From Candidatus Kapaibacterium sp. (GTDB taxonomy: Bacteria > Bacteroidota > Ignavibacteria > Kapaibacteriales > UBA2268), in contig OY762428.1 in the NCBI GenBank assembly GCA_963665665.1, positions 800,001-864,000 on the forward strand: a stretch of DNA of 64,000 bases, read 5' to 3'. A model generated the notes under the pieces. That model had not been told where the DNA came from. It did not search any database and worked only from the letters and a program-made list of their open reading frames with translations. The position numbers were made by a program, and so were the translations under genes. The first letter of the stretch is position 1; every line of letters begins with the position of its first letter. Of the stretch, positions 27,764 through 38,871 are shown in pieces.

Positions 27764-29977
27764 TTGGAGCGTGAAGTGAACTTAAACCTGAGTAGAAAAA
27801 TTACAATTTTGGCCATCACGGCAGCCTTTATTCCGGTATTGATAGTATATTTTCTTACAACTGCTTTCGAGGAAAAAATCGCGGAAAAAGCTAAAGAAGA
27901 ACTGGATAAACTGGCGGAAGCAAATCTTGGGCAAATTGCCCGGGATGTTTACTCAATGTGCAACAATACCGATATCCTTCTGGACAACAAAATAGTTCAC
28001 GACGAAAGAGTTCTTGAATATTTTGAAAATATTTACGGCGGATACAGCCTTGGGAACGAATCTGTTGTCTGGGATATGAAGAATCAGTTCACCGGCAACG
28101 TTTCCACCGTAAGGCTTCCAAAATTTCTTGTTGGCGGAAAGTGGTTCGGCCAAAATTACAGCCGAAATCAAAAGACTATCTTTGTTGATGAAATTAAAGA
28201 AAAGACAGGAGCTACATGCTCGATTTTTCAAAGAGCTAATCAGCAGGGAGATATGCTGAGAGTTGCGACAACCGCGGATACAGAAAACAACAGAGCTATC
28301 GGCACATATATTCCCGCGAGAAATCCTGACGGAACACCTAATGCCGTTGTTGATTCTGTACTCAGGGGAGCTACTTTCCGAGGCCCGACTTTTGCAATTG
28401 ATGCATGGTATATTGCAACATATAAACCCATTTTTGACAGTAACAAAGAGGTTATCGGCATATCGTGCGTGGCCGAGAAAATCGAGGGAGTTGCATCTAT
28501 CAGAAAAGTTATTAGCGAAATTAAAGTGGGAGAAACCGGAAAAGTGGTGGTGATCGGTGCAGATGGCATGCTGGAAGGTAAATATATTATTTCCAGAGAT
28601 GGCAGCCGTGACGGAGAAAATATTATTGATGCTGTTGATGCAAAAGGCAATAAATTTGTAAGAGATCATATTAAAAATGCAAAGGCTCAGGTTCCCGGTG
28701 AATATATTATTGAAAGATATCCCTGGAAGGACGAGGCCACAGGTAAAATTAAAAATAAAATAGCAGCAATCATTTATTTCGAGGAATGGGAATGGATTGT
28801 AAGTATTGGCTTGTACAAGGAAGAATACTACACTGCAAATAAGGAACTGGAAATAATTATTAATGATCTTGAATCCAAACAGATGTTAACATCGATCGTG
28901 GTGGTTTTGGCTTTGATAGTTGTATTTATGATTATTGGCGGACGAATAACAAGGCCATTGGTATTTATTGATTCACTTGCCAGGAATATTGCTGCCGGAA
29001 ATCTGACAGAAGCGAAAAATGAAATAAAAAAATATTCCGATAAAAGAAAAAATAAGAAAATGTCCAAGTTTTTCAGGGATGAAATCAGCCAGCTGTTCGA
29101 TTCATTTAAACTTATGGTTAACAACCTGGAATCTCTAATCAAAAAAGTTCAGGAATCAGGAATAAAAGTAAATGCTTCTGCAACACAGATATCTGCTTCT
29201 GCAAGAGAGCTTGAATCAACAGTTGCAGAAAGGGCAGCTGCCACTCAGCAGGTAACAGCCACAACCAGGGAAATTTCAGCAACATCTGATGAGCTGGGCC
29301 ATACACTGAACAGAGCTGCCGATACGGTTAATGAAACAATGGAAGTAGCTGATACCGGAAAATCAAAGATTGGGGAAATGGAAGGCGCTATGGACGGCCT
29401 AAAGAAATCGACAGGTTCGATTTCGGCCAAGTTATCAATTATTAATGATAAAGCCAGCAAAATCTCTTCTGTGGTTACTACTATTAATAAAATATCAGAC
29501 CAGACAAACCTGCTTTCCCTTAATGCCGCTATCGAAGCTGAAAAAGCCGGAGAGTACGGAAAAGGCTTCTCCGTTGTTGCCAGGGAAATCAGCCGCCTGT
29601 CGGATCAAACGGCTGTTGCAACAAGAGATATTGAATATATGGTAAATGAAATGCAGGCCTCGGTTTCATCAGGTGTAATGGAAATGGATAAATTTTCACG
29701 GGGAGTTAAGGACGGAGCAGATAAAGTTTATGAAATTGGCGATCAGCTTGCTGTGATAATTGAAATAATCGAAAGGTTTAAACCGCAATTCATGACCGTC
29801 AATGACGGTATGAAAGCTCAGGTTCAGGGAGCGGCACAGATAGCTGAAGCAATGAGCCAGCTAAGCATTGCAGCAAATCAGACAAAGGATTCTCTTGCAG
29901 AGTTTAAATCAGCAACAACACAGCTGAACGATGCTGTAGGCGGCCTGCAGAATGAAGTTAGAAAATTTAAAATATAA
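27764..29977 (+). CDS. Methyl-accepting chemotaxis protein with Cache sensor domains (WspA-like)
   Basis: Two TMs, Cache 3/2-type [42 protein letters not shown]. Confidence 0.92.
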   Translation: MEREVNLNLSRKITILAITAAFIPVLIVYFLTTAFEEKIAEKAKEELDKLAEANLGQIARDVYSMCNNTDILLDNKIVHDERVLEYFENIYGGYSLGNESVVWDMKNQFTGNVSTVRLPKFLVGGKWFGQNYSRNQKTIFVDEIKEKTGATCSIFQRANQQGDMLRVATTADTENNRAIGTYIPARNPDGTPNAVVDSVLRGATFRGPTFAIDAWYIATYKPIFDSNKEVIGISCVAEKIEGVASIRKVISEIKVGETGKVVVIGADGMLEGKYIISRDGSRDGENIIDAVDAKGNKFVRDHIKNAKAQVPGEYIIERYPWKDEATGKIKNKIAAIIYFEEWEWIVSIGLYKEEYYTANKELEIIINDLESKQMLTSIVVVLALIVVFMIIGGRITRPLVFIDSLARNIAAGNLTEAKNEIKKYSDKRKNKKMSKFFRDEISQLFDSFKLMVNNLESLIKKVQESGIKVNASATQISASARELESTVAERAAATQQVTATTREISATSDELGHTLNRAADTVNETMEVADTGKSKIGEMEGAMDGLKKSTGSISAKLSIINDKASKISSVVTTINKISDQTNLLSLNAAIEAEKAGEYGKGFSVVAREISRLSDQTAVATRDIEYMVNEMQASVSSGVMEMDKFSRGVKDGADKVYEIGDQLAVIIEIIERFKPQFMTVNDGMKAQVQGAAQIAEAMSQLSIAANQTKDSLAEFKSATTQLNDAVGGLQNEVRKFKI

Positions 29978-29989
29978 TACGGTGGTAAA

Positions 29990-32017
29990 ATGCTAAGGAA
30001 AAGACCAATCGGATTTATTCTTTCTACCCTGATAGCCTTATGTGCCTCGGTTATTATATTAATCCTTTTTTATTATAATTACTTAATATCAGCAGAAAAT
30101 GTTACGGGTATTGTAACCGATGATGCTATGAAAAATGCCGCTTCACTGGCAGGACAAATAGAAAAAGTATTAATCAATACACAAAAAATTACCGAAAATG
30201 CTGCTTATTTTATTCAGAGCAATGATTATAGCGAGAATAAAGTTAAGTCACTTCTAAAAGGTATTGTCAGAAATAATAATGAAATATACGGATCGGCATT
30301 AGCTTTCGAACCATATAGCTTCAAGCCGGATATTGAACTTTTCGGCCCTTATTACTACCGAAATGCAGGTGAAATTAAATATCTCGACCTGAGCGTGAGT
30401 GATTATTATTATCCCGACTGGGACTGGTATAAAACCCCCAGGAAACTAATGAAGCCAATATGGAGCGAGCCTTATTTCGACGAAGGTGCCGGCGATGTTA
30501 TGATGACAACCTATTCCGTTCCATTGTTCAATAATAATAAGGTAATCGGCGTTCTGACAAGTGATATTTCCCTGGATTGGATGAGAAATTTGCTTGATTC
30601 TCTGGAATTGTATAAAACAGGTTTTGCTTTTCTGATATCCAAGGAAGGTAATATACTTTCTCATCCAAGAAAAGATATTATAATGACAGAATCAATTTTC
30701 TCTTTTGCCGAGAAATTCGATGACGAGCAGCTAAAAGTTATAGCCAAGGAAATGTTGGGCGGCAAGCAGGGATCTGTTGAATATGATTCTAAAGCATTTG
30801 ATGTGGAAGGGATTTTATGCCACTATCCTCTGAATTCCTGTGGCTGGTCTCTGGCTCTTGTAATTCCGGAAGACGAGTTTATGGAGCCGGTACATGAATT
30901 GAATAAAATAATTGTAATCCTTGCTGCTATTGGAATACTCCTTATTGCAGCATTTACAACTTTTATTTCAAGAATTATTACCAGGCCACTAAATATTGCT
31001 ATAAAGTCAGCAGAATCCATCGCCGTTGGAAAAATGGATGAAGCCAACAAAATATCCGATGAATTTACTTCAAAAATTCATCTTAATGACTCCGAAGAAT
31101 CTAAATCAAAAAATGAAATTGTCCGGCTGTTTTGTGCTGTAAGAAAAATGTCCGGCAATCTGGATTCACTTCTTTCCCAGGTGCATAATTCGGGAGCGCA
31201 GGTAACAGATGCGGCCCTGAAAATATCATCTCTTGCCAGGGATCTCGAAGCAACAGCTTCGGAGCAGGCGGCTTCATCCAATGAAGTCAACACCACCAGC
31301 AAGGAAATATCGGCAACAGCTACCGAACTGGCTCTTTCCATGAGCAAAGTGGCTAAATCAGCCTCGGGTATATCAGATAAAGCCGGAATAGGAATACAGG
31401 GACTCAGCGAGATAAAGAATTCTATGAACGAACTTATTCAAAACAGCGAACTGATACTTGAAAAACTAAATGAAATAAATACAAGAACTGCCGGTATCAG
31501 CCAGGTTATTGATACTATTACCAGGGTTGCAAATCAAACAAACCTGCTATCGCTTAATGCTGCTATCGAAGCCGAAAAAGCTGGTGAGTACGGAACCGGA
31601 TTTGCAGTGGTGGCCAGGGAAATAAGGCAATTGGCAGATCAGACGGCAGTAGCCGCACTTGATATTGAAGAAATGATCAATGATACTCAGAATTCTGTAA
31701 GCGATGGCGTGAAAACAGTTGAGAATTATGCAAGGCGAACTTCCGAAAGCCTTGAAAAAATGGCAGATATCAGCCTGGAACTTGAAGAAGCAATAACAAG
31801 AACCCGCGATATTGAACCGGAATTTGAACTTGTTGACAACGGAATGCAGATGCAGTCCATGGGGGCTGGTCAAATAAGCGAGGCAATCGGCCAGCTAAAC
31901 GAAGTTGCAGTGCAAACAAGGGATTACCTGATTGATTTCAATAAAGCAACTGAATTGCTAAATGATGCTGTCAGGGGATTGCAAACTGAAATGGATAAAT
32001 TTACAACAAGTGTTTAG
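29990..32017 (+). CDS. Methyl-accepting chemotaxis protein with dCache domain
   Basis: WYKTP..WSEPYFD..TTYSVP dCache; [20 protein letters not shown]. Confidence 0.92.
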   Translation: MLRKRPIGFILSTLIALCASVIILILFYYNYLISAENVTGIVTDDAMKNAASLAGQIEKVLINTQKITENAAYFIQSNDYSENKVKSLLKGIVRNNNEIYGSALAFEPYSFKPDIELFGPYYYRNAGEIKYLDLSVSDYYYPDWDWYKTPRKLMKPIWSEPYFDEGAGDVMMTTYSVPLFNNNKVIGVLTSDISLDWMRNLLDSLELYKTGFAFLISKEGNILSHPRKDIIMTESIFSFAEKFDDEQLKVIAKEMLGGKQGSVEYDSKAFDVEGILCHYPLNSCGWSLALVIPEDEFMEPVHELNKIIVILAAIGILLIAAFTTFISRIITRPLNIAIKSAESIAVGKMDEANKISDEFTSKIHLNDSEESKSKNEIVRLFCAVRKMSGNLDSLLSQVHNSGAQVTDAALKISSLARDLEATASEQAASSNEVNTTSKEISATATELALSMSKVAKSASGISDKAGIGIQGLSEIKNSMNELIQNSELILEKLNEINTRTAGISQVIDTITRVANQTNLLSLNAAIEAEKAGEYGTGFAVVAREIRQLADQTAVAALDIEEMINDTQNSVSDGVKTVENYARRTSESLEKMADISLELEEAITRTRDIEPEFELVDNGMQMQSMGAGQISEAIGQLNEVAVQTRDYLIDFNKATELLNDAVRGLQTEMDKFTTSV

Positions 32018-32025
32018 GTTTTATT

Positions 32026-32490
32026 ATGATGCTCCTGCTTTTCAATATCGAGAATGATTTCTACGGAATTGATTTTAAATTCGTTTCCGAAATAATTCCA
32101 TTGGTAAATTGCGAAAAACTTCCCGGCGCTCCTGATTTCGTTACAGGTGTAATTAATATTCGCGGAAGGATAATCCCCATAATCGACCTCTCGAAATTAC
32201 TTTGCGATAAGCCTTCAAGAAAAATGCTGAGTACAAGAATCATCATTATAGACAATCAGAGTTCCGGTAAGTTTTCTTCAATAGGCCTTATCGCTGAAAA
32301 AGTTACAGAAGCTATTACCTGTGATTCGAATGATTTTCAGGAAACAGACATAGGTCTGGGCGAAAACTGGAAAATTCTGGTCTATATGGGGAAGACTATC
32401 AGGCTGTTTGAACCCGGATCAATTTTATTGAAAAGAATTTCAGGACAAAGTGAATCCAATAAGCTCCCGGGCGGGAATAAAATTGATTAG
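32026..32490 (+). CDS. cheW: CheW adaptor (WspB-like)
   Basis: LPGAPDFVTGVINIRGRIIPIIDL; STRIII; IGLIAEKVT. Confidence 0.88.
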   Translation: MMLLLFNIENDFYGIDFKFVSEIIPLVNCEKLPGAPDFVTGVINIRGRIIPIIDLSKLLCDKPSRKMLSTRIIIIDNQSSGKFSSIGLIAEKVTEAITCDSNDFQETDIGLGENWKILVYMGKTIRLFEPGSILLKRISGQSESNKLPGGNKID

Positions 32491-33757
32491 CATTGAAAAA
32501 ATACTTGAGCAAAGAACCGGACTTTCAGCATCAATTATCGGTGAAAGAAATTTTGATTCCGCCATCAGCCGGATATTAAAAAAATATTCATTGTCCGGAA
32601 TTGAAGAGCTTGCCGATAAACTAAGGTACAGAGAAGAAATATTTGACTCTTTTATTGAAGAAATCACTATACCCGAAACATGGCTTTTCAGAGACAAGAA
32701 TGTATATGAATATCTGCCGGGCCTCGTGTGGAAAATATTAAATAAAAATAATCCTGATTACAAAATAAATATTTTATCAGCGCCATGCTCTACCGGTGAA
32801 GAGGCCTATTCTATAGCAATTTCACTGCTGAATTCCGGATTTAAAGGCCTTTTTAAAATCAAGGCCCTTGATATAAATAAAAAATCAATTGATTTTGCAG
32901 GGAAGGGAATTTATACAAAAAACTCTTTAAGGGACACAAATCTGAATGTGAATTATCTAAATTATCTTGCTATTGACGATAAACACGTCAGGGTAAAACC
33001 TGAATTGAAAGAACATATTGAATTTAGCTTTGGAAATTTGATTGATGAAAACTGCATTGAAGAAAAAGAAAAATTCGATATAATTTTTTCCAGAAACCTG
33101 CTTATTTATTTTGATAAAGAATCAAGAGAAAGATATTTAAAAGTTTTAAGAAGACACTTCAATGATAATGGTGTTCTGTTCTGCGGACATAGCGAGAAAT
33201 CATGGTTCATAAGCAAAGGATTTGACAATATTGATGAAGATGGTGTGTTTGCCTGTAAATATTTACGTGAAAAACATGATATCAGGCAGCAAATGAAAGC
33301 CGCAAGAAAAATTAAAAGCAACCACACCCCGCAAAAAAAACTTACCGGTTCAGAAAAACGAACAAGGCAAAAGTATATTGAAAAATCCAGACATATAATA
33401 AACAAACCGAAACCGGTGAAAGCAGAGAAAAGCGCTGAGGATGAACCGCTGAACAAAGCTATGTATCTTGCTAATCAGGGAGAAACATTAAAAGCTGAAA
33501 AAATATGCCTGGATATAATCAGTGAAAACAAGGTTGAATATCAAGCATATTATATTCTTGGACTTATAAAAGAATCAATTAATGATATTATTGAAGCAGA
33601 AGTCTTTTTCAACAAAGTGCTTTATTTGAACCCTTCTCACCATGAATCGCTGGTACACCTGAGCCTGATTCATAATAAACTGGGTAATAACGATCTTTCT
33701 GACAGATATAAATTAAGAGCTGAAAAGGTATTTTTTAAACGAGAGGACTTAAAGTGA
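32450..33757 (+). CDS. cheR: CheR methyltransferase with C-terminal TPR (WspC-like)
   Basis: ETWLFRD, SAPCSTGEEAYS, IFSRNLLIYF, TPR KVLYLNPSH; true start may be TTG at 32483. Confidence 0.9.
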   Translation: MNPISSRAGIKLISIEKILEQRTGLSASIIGERNFDSAISRILKKYSLSGIEELADKLRYREEIFDSFIEEITIPETWLFRDKNVYEYLPGLVWKILNKNNPDYKINILSAPCSTGEEAYSIAISLLNSGFKGLFKIKALDINKKSIDFAGKGIYTKNSLRDTNLNVNYLNYLAIDDKHVRVKPELKEHIEFSFGNLIDENCIEEKEKFDIIFSRNLLIYFDKESRERYLKVLRRHFNDNGVLFCGHSEKSWFISKGFDNIDEDGVFACKYLREKHDIRQQMKAARKIKSNHTPQKKLTGSEKRTRQKYIEKSRHIINKPKPVKAEKSAEDEPLNKAMYLANQGETLKAEKICLDIISENKVEYQAYYILGLIKESINDIIEAEVFFNKVLYLNPSHHESLVHLSLIHNKLGNNDLSDRYKLRAEKVFFKREDLK

Positions 33758-34686
33758 CGGACAAAAATGAACAAAATGAAAAATTTATGCGCTTACTCAC
33801 CCAAAACACTTCGAAAATTTGTGAGGGGGATTATAGTGTTTCCAAAGAAATTGAAAAATTTACCAACGAAAATGAATATCCCGAAACAATAGCCCATCTT
33901 GCAGAATCATTCAGCATGATGGCAGTTAAGCTTGAAGCCCGGGAATACAACCTGGAACTTAATCTTGAAGAGCTTAAAGGTAAAAACCAGAAATTACACG
34001 AGGAAAGCCGTACCCGGTCGGATTTTGGATATCTTGCAATTGCTGTTATTGTTCTTCTCAGCCTTTATTCAATTATTCTTATATCAATGCATTCTTTGCT
34101 TCCATTCGAAATTTCACCATCAACAGGACATGTGATTTCACTCGTTTTACAGGTGATTTTCATTGTGATCGTTATCGCAGGATTGAAACGAATGAAGATG
34201 CCGCTCAGGGAATTCGGGCTGAATTTTAATAATATAAAATTGGCTTTGGGGCAATCAATAGGGTTTTCGGCAATAATTATGATAATAACACTTGGAATCA
34301 AATATTATTTAGTGAATTATTCCAATGTGTTCGAACCCGGAGAGCCACTATTAAATTTCACTCATATTGATTCTGTATTCTATACTTACCTTATAATAGC
34401 CCCTATGCAGGAATTCCTTGCACGCGGAGTAATTCAAACTACTCTTGTAAGGGGGTTTTCCGGAGCGTACAATATTTTCTGGGCAATACTGCTTACATCA
34501 ATGATACACGGGAATTTTCATATACACGAATCTGTTTCCCTTGGTATAATTTCTATTCTTATGGGAATTGCGTGGGGATATATGTTTTACCGTCATAAAA
34601 CAATTATCGGAGTCAGTATTTCTCATTTCTTATTGGGAAATTGGGTTGTTGTTCTTGGATTGTGGGATTTTATTTTAAATTATTAG
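33754..34686 (+). CDS. HAMP-like/coiled-coil + CPBP (Abi/CAAX protease-like) membrane protein
   Basis: IAHLAESFSMMAVKLEARE; PMQEFLARG, HGNFH, SHFLLGNW; multiple TMs. Confidence 0.78.
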   Translation: MTDKNEQNEKFMRLLTQNTSKICEGDYSVSKEIEKFTNENEYPETIAHLAESFSMMAVKLEAREYNLELNLEELKGKNQKLHEESRTRSDFGYLAIAVIVLLSLYSIILISMHSLLPFEISPSTGHVISLVLQVIFIVIVIAGLKRMKMPLREFGLNFNNIKLALGQSIGFSAIIMIITLGIKYYLVNYSNVFEPGEPLLNFTHIDSVFYTYLIIAPMQEFLARGVIQTTLVRGFSGAYNIFWAILLTSMIHGNFHIHESVSLGIISILMGIAWGYMFYRHKTIIGVSISHFLLGNWVVVLGLWDFILNY

Positions 34687-34696
34687 ATAAAAAATT

Positions 34697-35338
34697 ATGA
34701 AAAAATGCTGGAATGATATAGGAGTTTTCGGGCTTGCAATCTGTGATGATCTGAATATCTACGGCCACTGCAGGCACTGCCCGAAATATTCCGAAGGTGG
34801 CAGAAGCCTGCTGGACAGGGAAATTCCCGGTGGGTTAATCGATGAATGGACCGAGAAACTTACAAAAGGAAAAAAGGAACTTGCCGATTCTTACCAGTCA
34901 CTTGTTGTATTCAAAATCAACGGTGAATTACTTGCAATGCCTTCTTCAGGTTTCCAGGAAATCATATCTGTCCGGCAGGTTCATACGGTTCCTTTTCGAT
35001 CGGATAAAGTATTTCGCGGGCTTGTTAACGTGAACGGAGAGTTGCTGCTGTGCATAAATTCTGCCGGATTTTTCGGGTTTAATAATATTCCTGAGGAAAA
35101 AAATCCTAACCCGGTAATGGCCGTATTGAAAAACGATCAGGAAAGATATGTATTCGAAGTTGATTCAATAGTGGGGGTTGTACAGATTTACCCGGCATCT
35201 ATAACCAATGCTCCGTCCACGGTAGGAAAATCTCCAAAAGCATTTACCCGCGGGATTTTTAAGCTAAAGGAAAATGATGTCGGGATAATTGATGAAGTGA
35301 AATTGTTTTCAGAACTTGATAATAGAATAACTTGGTAA
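34697..35338 (+). CDS. cheW: CheW adaptor with N-terminal Cys motif (WspD-like)
   Basis: CWNDIGVFG..C..HCRHCPKY N-terminus characteristic of WspD; GLVNVNGELLLC. Confidence 0.88.
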   Translation: MKKCWNDIGVFGLAICDDLNIYGHCRHCPKYSEGGRSLLDREIPGGLIDEWTEKLTKGKKELADSYQSLVVFKINGELLAMPSSGFQEIISVRQVHTVPFRSDKVFRGLVNVNGELLLCINSAGFFGFNNIPEEKNPNPVMAVLKNDQERYVFEVDSIVGVVQIYPASITNAPSTVGKSPKAFTRGIFKLKENDVGIIDEVKLFSELDNRITW

Positions 35339-35353
35339 ATTAGCGGATTGGTT

Positions 35354-38300
35354 ATGGATATTTCATTATTGGAACTATTTAAAAATGAGCTTGAATTAAA
35401 TTCAAGAATTCTCGAAGACGGCCTTGTAGCTATTGAAGGAAATCAATCCTCGAAAGAGGTTGAACCGCTAATGAGGGCAGCCCATTCAATAAAAGGTGCT
35501 GCAAAAATTATCGGCCTTGAATCTTTGGTAGGGCTTTCGCATTCAATGGAAGACAAGCTTGTAAAAGTAATGAACGGGAACTCTGTTCTTTCCCCGGCAG
35601 AAATAGAGTTACTATTAAAAGCAAATGATATATTTATTACCCTTGCTGAACATCCGGCGGAAGAAATTGAAGATATTACAGGATCTCAGTCTGATACAAT
35701 TTCAGATATTCAAAATAATATATTGAAATCCGACACCCTGCCTGAAAAAAAAGAAACAACGGAAATAGAAAAAACCGAAGTTGTAAGCCAAACTATTGAA
35801 GCAGATGATGAGACTGAAAATTTCAGTCACGATATTGACCCCACTCTACTTGAATTATTTAAAACTGAAATTGAAACCAATAGTGAAGTGCTCGAAAACG
35901 GGCTTGTTGATGTTGAAAGCGACAAATCTCCTGAAGCTGTGGAACCGCTAATGAGAGCAGCTCATTCAATAAAAGGCGCTGCAAGAATCATCGGGATAGA
36001 CAGTGCGGTGCAGCTTGCTCACGCTATGGAAGATATGCTGTCGGCTGCCCAAAAGGGACAATACAATATCAGTGCTGATGATATCGACCTGTTGCTGAAA
36101 TCAAATGATTTTATTAAATCAGCCTCGGAATTGCCTGTAGATTCAATACCGGGATATTTTAACTCGCAGGCATCGAAGATGTCTGTAACAGCTGACGAGC
36201 TGAGACATAGCCTGAAGAATCCGGTTGTTGTAGATAAATCAAAAAAATCAGAAGAAAGCCCGGCTTCTGCCCCGGCGGATTCAACAAATAATCCCCAGCC
36301 AAAGCCCGGGCCCGTTAATGATACTTCCCTGCTTGACCTGTTTAAAATTGAAGTGGAAAATAATTCTCAGGTTCTTGAAGACGGCCTTGTTGATGTGGAA
36401 AACAATCAGCTGTCGGAAACCATTGAACCATTAATGAGAGCTGCGCACTCGTTAAAAGGTGCAGCAAGAATAGTTGGTCTGGATAATGCCGTTACACTGG
36501 CGCACGCCATGGAGGATATGCTTTCTGCTGCACAGAAAGGCGAATACCTGCTTTCATCTGATGATATTGAAGTATTGCTTAAATCCAACGACATGATAAA
36601 AGGTTCGCTGGAAACCCAGACTTCAGAATTGCCAATATACTTCTGGAACAAATATTCCGAAGTAATCAATTTAAAAGAAGAATTGAAATTTCAGCCTGGT
36701 GTGGAAAAAAAGATACCTGCACCGAAAAAAAACAAAACTGTCCGGAATGAAGAATCACTGACAGAAAAGAAACCTGTTTCTCCCGAAAAAATTCAGGAAA
36801 CAGAAATTGTTGAAAAATCCCCTGCAATAGAAAAAAAGAAAGAAATTCATGCAGATCAGTTTGTAAGGGTATCTTCTGTAAATTTGAATAAACTTATGGG
36901 CCTTGCAGGTGAATCCTATGTTCAGACAAAATCATACAAGCCTTTGGCTGATAATTTATATGCCATAAAAGACCAGATTAATGAACTGAATTGCCTGAGG
37001 GAAGAAATATTTGAAAAATTAGTTATTGAAGACCTTCCCGAGGAAATCATTTCGAAATTTAGTGATTCGGAAAAACTGATTGAAAGGATAAGAACAAATA
37101 TTACCAATCAGATAAATAATTTTGAAATATTTTCCCGTAAACTTGATAATATTTCAGGGAAGCTATACTCCGAAGCAATTGAAACCCGTATGAGGCCGTT
37201 TATCGAAGGCACCCACGGATTCCCCAGAATGGTCAGGGATATCGCCCGTAAACTTGGGAAAAAAGTAAAATTTGACATTACAGGCGAACAAACAAGGGTG
37301 GACAGAGACATTTTGGAGAAAATTGAGTCTCCGTTGAATCATTTACTTAGAAATTCTGTTGATCATGGTATAGAAATGCCCGAGGACAGATTAAACAAGG
37401 GAAAGGATGAGGAAGGAACCCTGACACTGAAAGCACAACATCGCTCAGGAATGCTTATAGTAACTGTTCAGGACGATGGTAAAGGAATTGACCCGGAGAT
37501 GATCAGAAAGAAAGTAGTTGAAAAAGGATACAATTCCAGGGAAATGGCAGCACAGCTGAGCAATTCAGAATTAATGGAATTTCTTTTCCTGCCCGGTTTT
37601 TCCACTGCCGGCAAGGTTACCGAAATATCCGGACGCGGCGTTGGCCTTGATGTAGTATTTTCTATGGTCAACGAGGTTGGAGGTACTGTCCGGGCAGATT
37701 CTGAACCAGGATTCGGCACTAGTTTTATTCTTGAACTTCCATTGACACTTTCTGTTGTCAGATCGCTGATAGTTTCTCTGAACAATGAAATTTATTCGCT
37801 CCCGCTAACCAGAATTGACAATATTTTAAGGGTAAATTCTAACTTGATAAAAACTGTCGAGGACAGGCAGTTCTGCGAGTTCAACGGCGAGAATATCGGC
37901 ATTATAAAGGCTGCCCAGGTATTGAATACAAAGGAATCGATTGAAAAAGATGATTATTTTCATATTGCAGTGATAAGCGACAGGCTGAACCGATACGGGC
38001 TTAATTTCGATAAATTTCTCGGAGAACGGGATCTTGTGGTAATACCGCTTAATCCGAGATTGGGGAAAATACCCAATATCAGCGCCGGAGCTATCATGGA
38101 AGACGGTACGCCTTTGCTAATTCTTGATGTGGATGACCTTGTTCGTTCAATAGATAAGATTCTTGGCAGCGACAGTATAAATAAACTTGAATCAAAAGAT
38201 GATCAGCAATTGATATCGAAAAAGATACTCGTTGTTGATGATTCAATAACTGTAAGGGAAGTTGAAAGAAGGCTGCTGGAAAATCATGGCTATCATGTAA

Positions 38301-38587
38301 CGGTGGCTGTTGATGGTATGGACGGATGGAACACAGTTCAGAGAATGAAATTCGATCTGGTTATATCTGATATTGATATGCCCAGGATGAACGGAATAGA
38401 ATTTGTAACAAAAATTAAAAACGACCCAAATAAAAAAAATGTACCTGTTATGATAGTTTCATACAAGGACAGGGAAGAAGATAAGATAGCCGGGCTTGAG
38501 GCAGGGGCAAATTATTATTTTACAAAAAGCAGTTTTCATGATGAAACCCTTATAAACGCTGTAAAAGAATTAATTGGAGATGCGTAA
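35354..38587 (+). CDS. cheA: Hybrid CheA kinase (3x Hpt, HATPase, CheW, REC; WspE-like)
   Basis: Three MRAAHS(I/L)KGAA Hpt motifs; HLLRNSVDHG; SGRGVGLDVV; C-terminal REC VDDS..DIDMP. Confidence 0.93.
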   Translation: MDISLLELFKNELELNSRILEDGLVAIEGNQSSKEVEPLMRAAHSIKGAAKIIGLESLVGLSHSMEDKLVKVMNGNSVLSPAEIELLLKANDIFITLAEHPAEEIEDITGSQSDTISDIQNNILKSDTLPEKKETTEIEKTEVVSQTIEADDETENFSHDIDPTLLELFKTEIETNSEVLENGLVDVESDKSPEAVEPLMRAAHSIKGAARIIGIDSAVQLAHAMEDMLSAAQKGQYNISADDIDLLLKSNDFIKSASELPVDSIPGYFNSQASKMSVTADELRHSLKNPVVVDKSKKSEESPASAPADSTNNPQPKPGPVNDTSLLDLFKIEVENNSQVLEDGLVDVENNQLSETIEPLMRAAHSLKGAARIVGLDNAVTLAHAMEDMLSAAQKGEYLLSSDDIEVLLKSNDMIKGSLETQTSELPIYFWNKYSEVINLKEELKFQPGVEKKIPAPKKNKTVRNEESLTEKKPVSPEKIQETEIVEKSPAIEKKKEIHADQFVRVSSVNLNKLMGLAGESYVQTKSYKPLADNLYAIKDQINELNCLREEIFEKLVIEDLPEEIISKFSDSEKLIERIRTNITNQINNFEIFSRKLDNISGKLYSEAIETRMRPFIEGTHGFPRMVRDIARKLGKKVKFDITGEQTRVDRDILEKIESPLNHLLRNSVDHGIEMPEDRLNKGKDEEGTLTLKAQHRSGMLIVTVQDDGKGIDPEMIRKKVVEKGYNSREMAAQLSNSELMEFLFLPGFSTAGKVTEISGRGVGLDVVFSMVNEVGGTVRADSEPGFGTSFILELPLTLSVVRSLIVSLNNEIYSLPLTRIDNILRVNSNLIKTVEDRQFCEFNGENIGIIKAAQVLNTKESIEKDDYFHIAVISDRLNRYGLNFDKFLGERDLVVIPLNPRLGKIPNISAGAIMEDGTPLLILDVDDLVRSIDKILGSDSINKLESKDDQQLISKKILVVDDSITVREVERRLLENHGYHVTVAVDGMDGWNTVQRMKFDLVISDIDMPRMNGIEFVTKIKNDPNKKNVPVMIVSYKDREEDKIAGLEAGANYYFTKSSFHDETLINAVKELIGDA

Positions 38588-38665
38588 TTTTGATTGTATT
38601 TTTGTTGTTGTATTATGGTGTAAATTAAAGTATTTGTTTTTATTAAGAATATTCTGGATAGGAAA

Positions 38666-38860
38666 ATGACCACAAAGTTTAAATTTTTGGCCGAAGAAAT
38701 GGATGAAAATTTTGTAATGGCAATAAAAAAGAATTATCCCGGCAAGGAAATTGAAATTGAAGTTAACGATGAAAAAAATGGAATCTATAGTGCTGACCAA
38801 CTCAAAAATAATATTTTGAAGGTTGTCAGGAATATTCAAGAGAAAATTAGCAAAAACTAA
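38666..38860 (+). CDS. Small hypothetical protein, possibly orphan antitoxin-like
   Basis: 64 aa MTTKFKFLAEEMDENFVMAIKKNYPGKEIEIEV with upstream AGGA. Confidence 0.55.
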   Translation: MTTKFKFLAEEMDENFVMAIKKNYPGKEIEIEVNDEKNGIYSADQLKNNILKVVRNIQEKISKN

Positions 38861-38871
38861 ATTAGAAGTTA

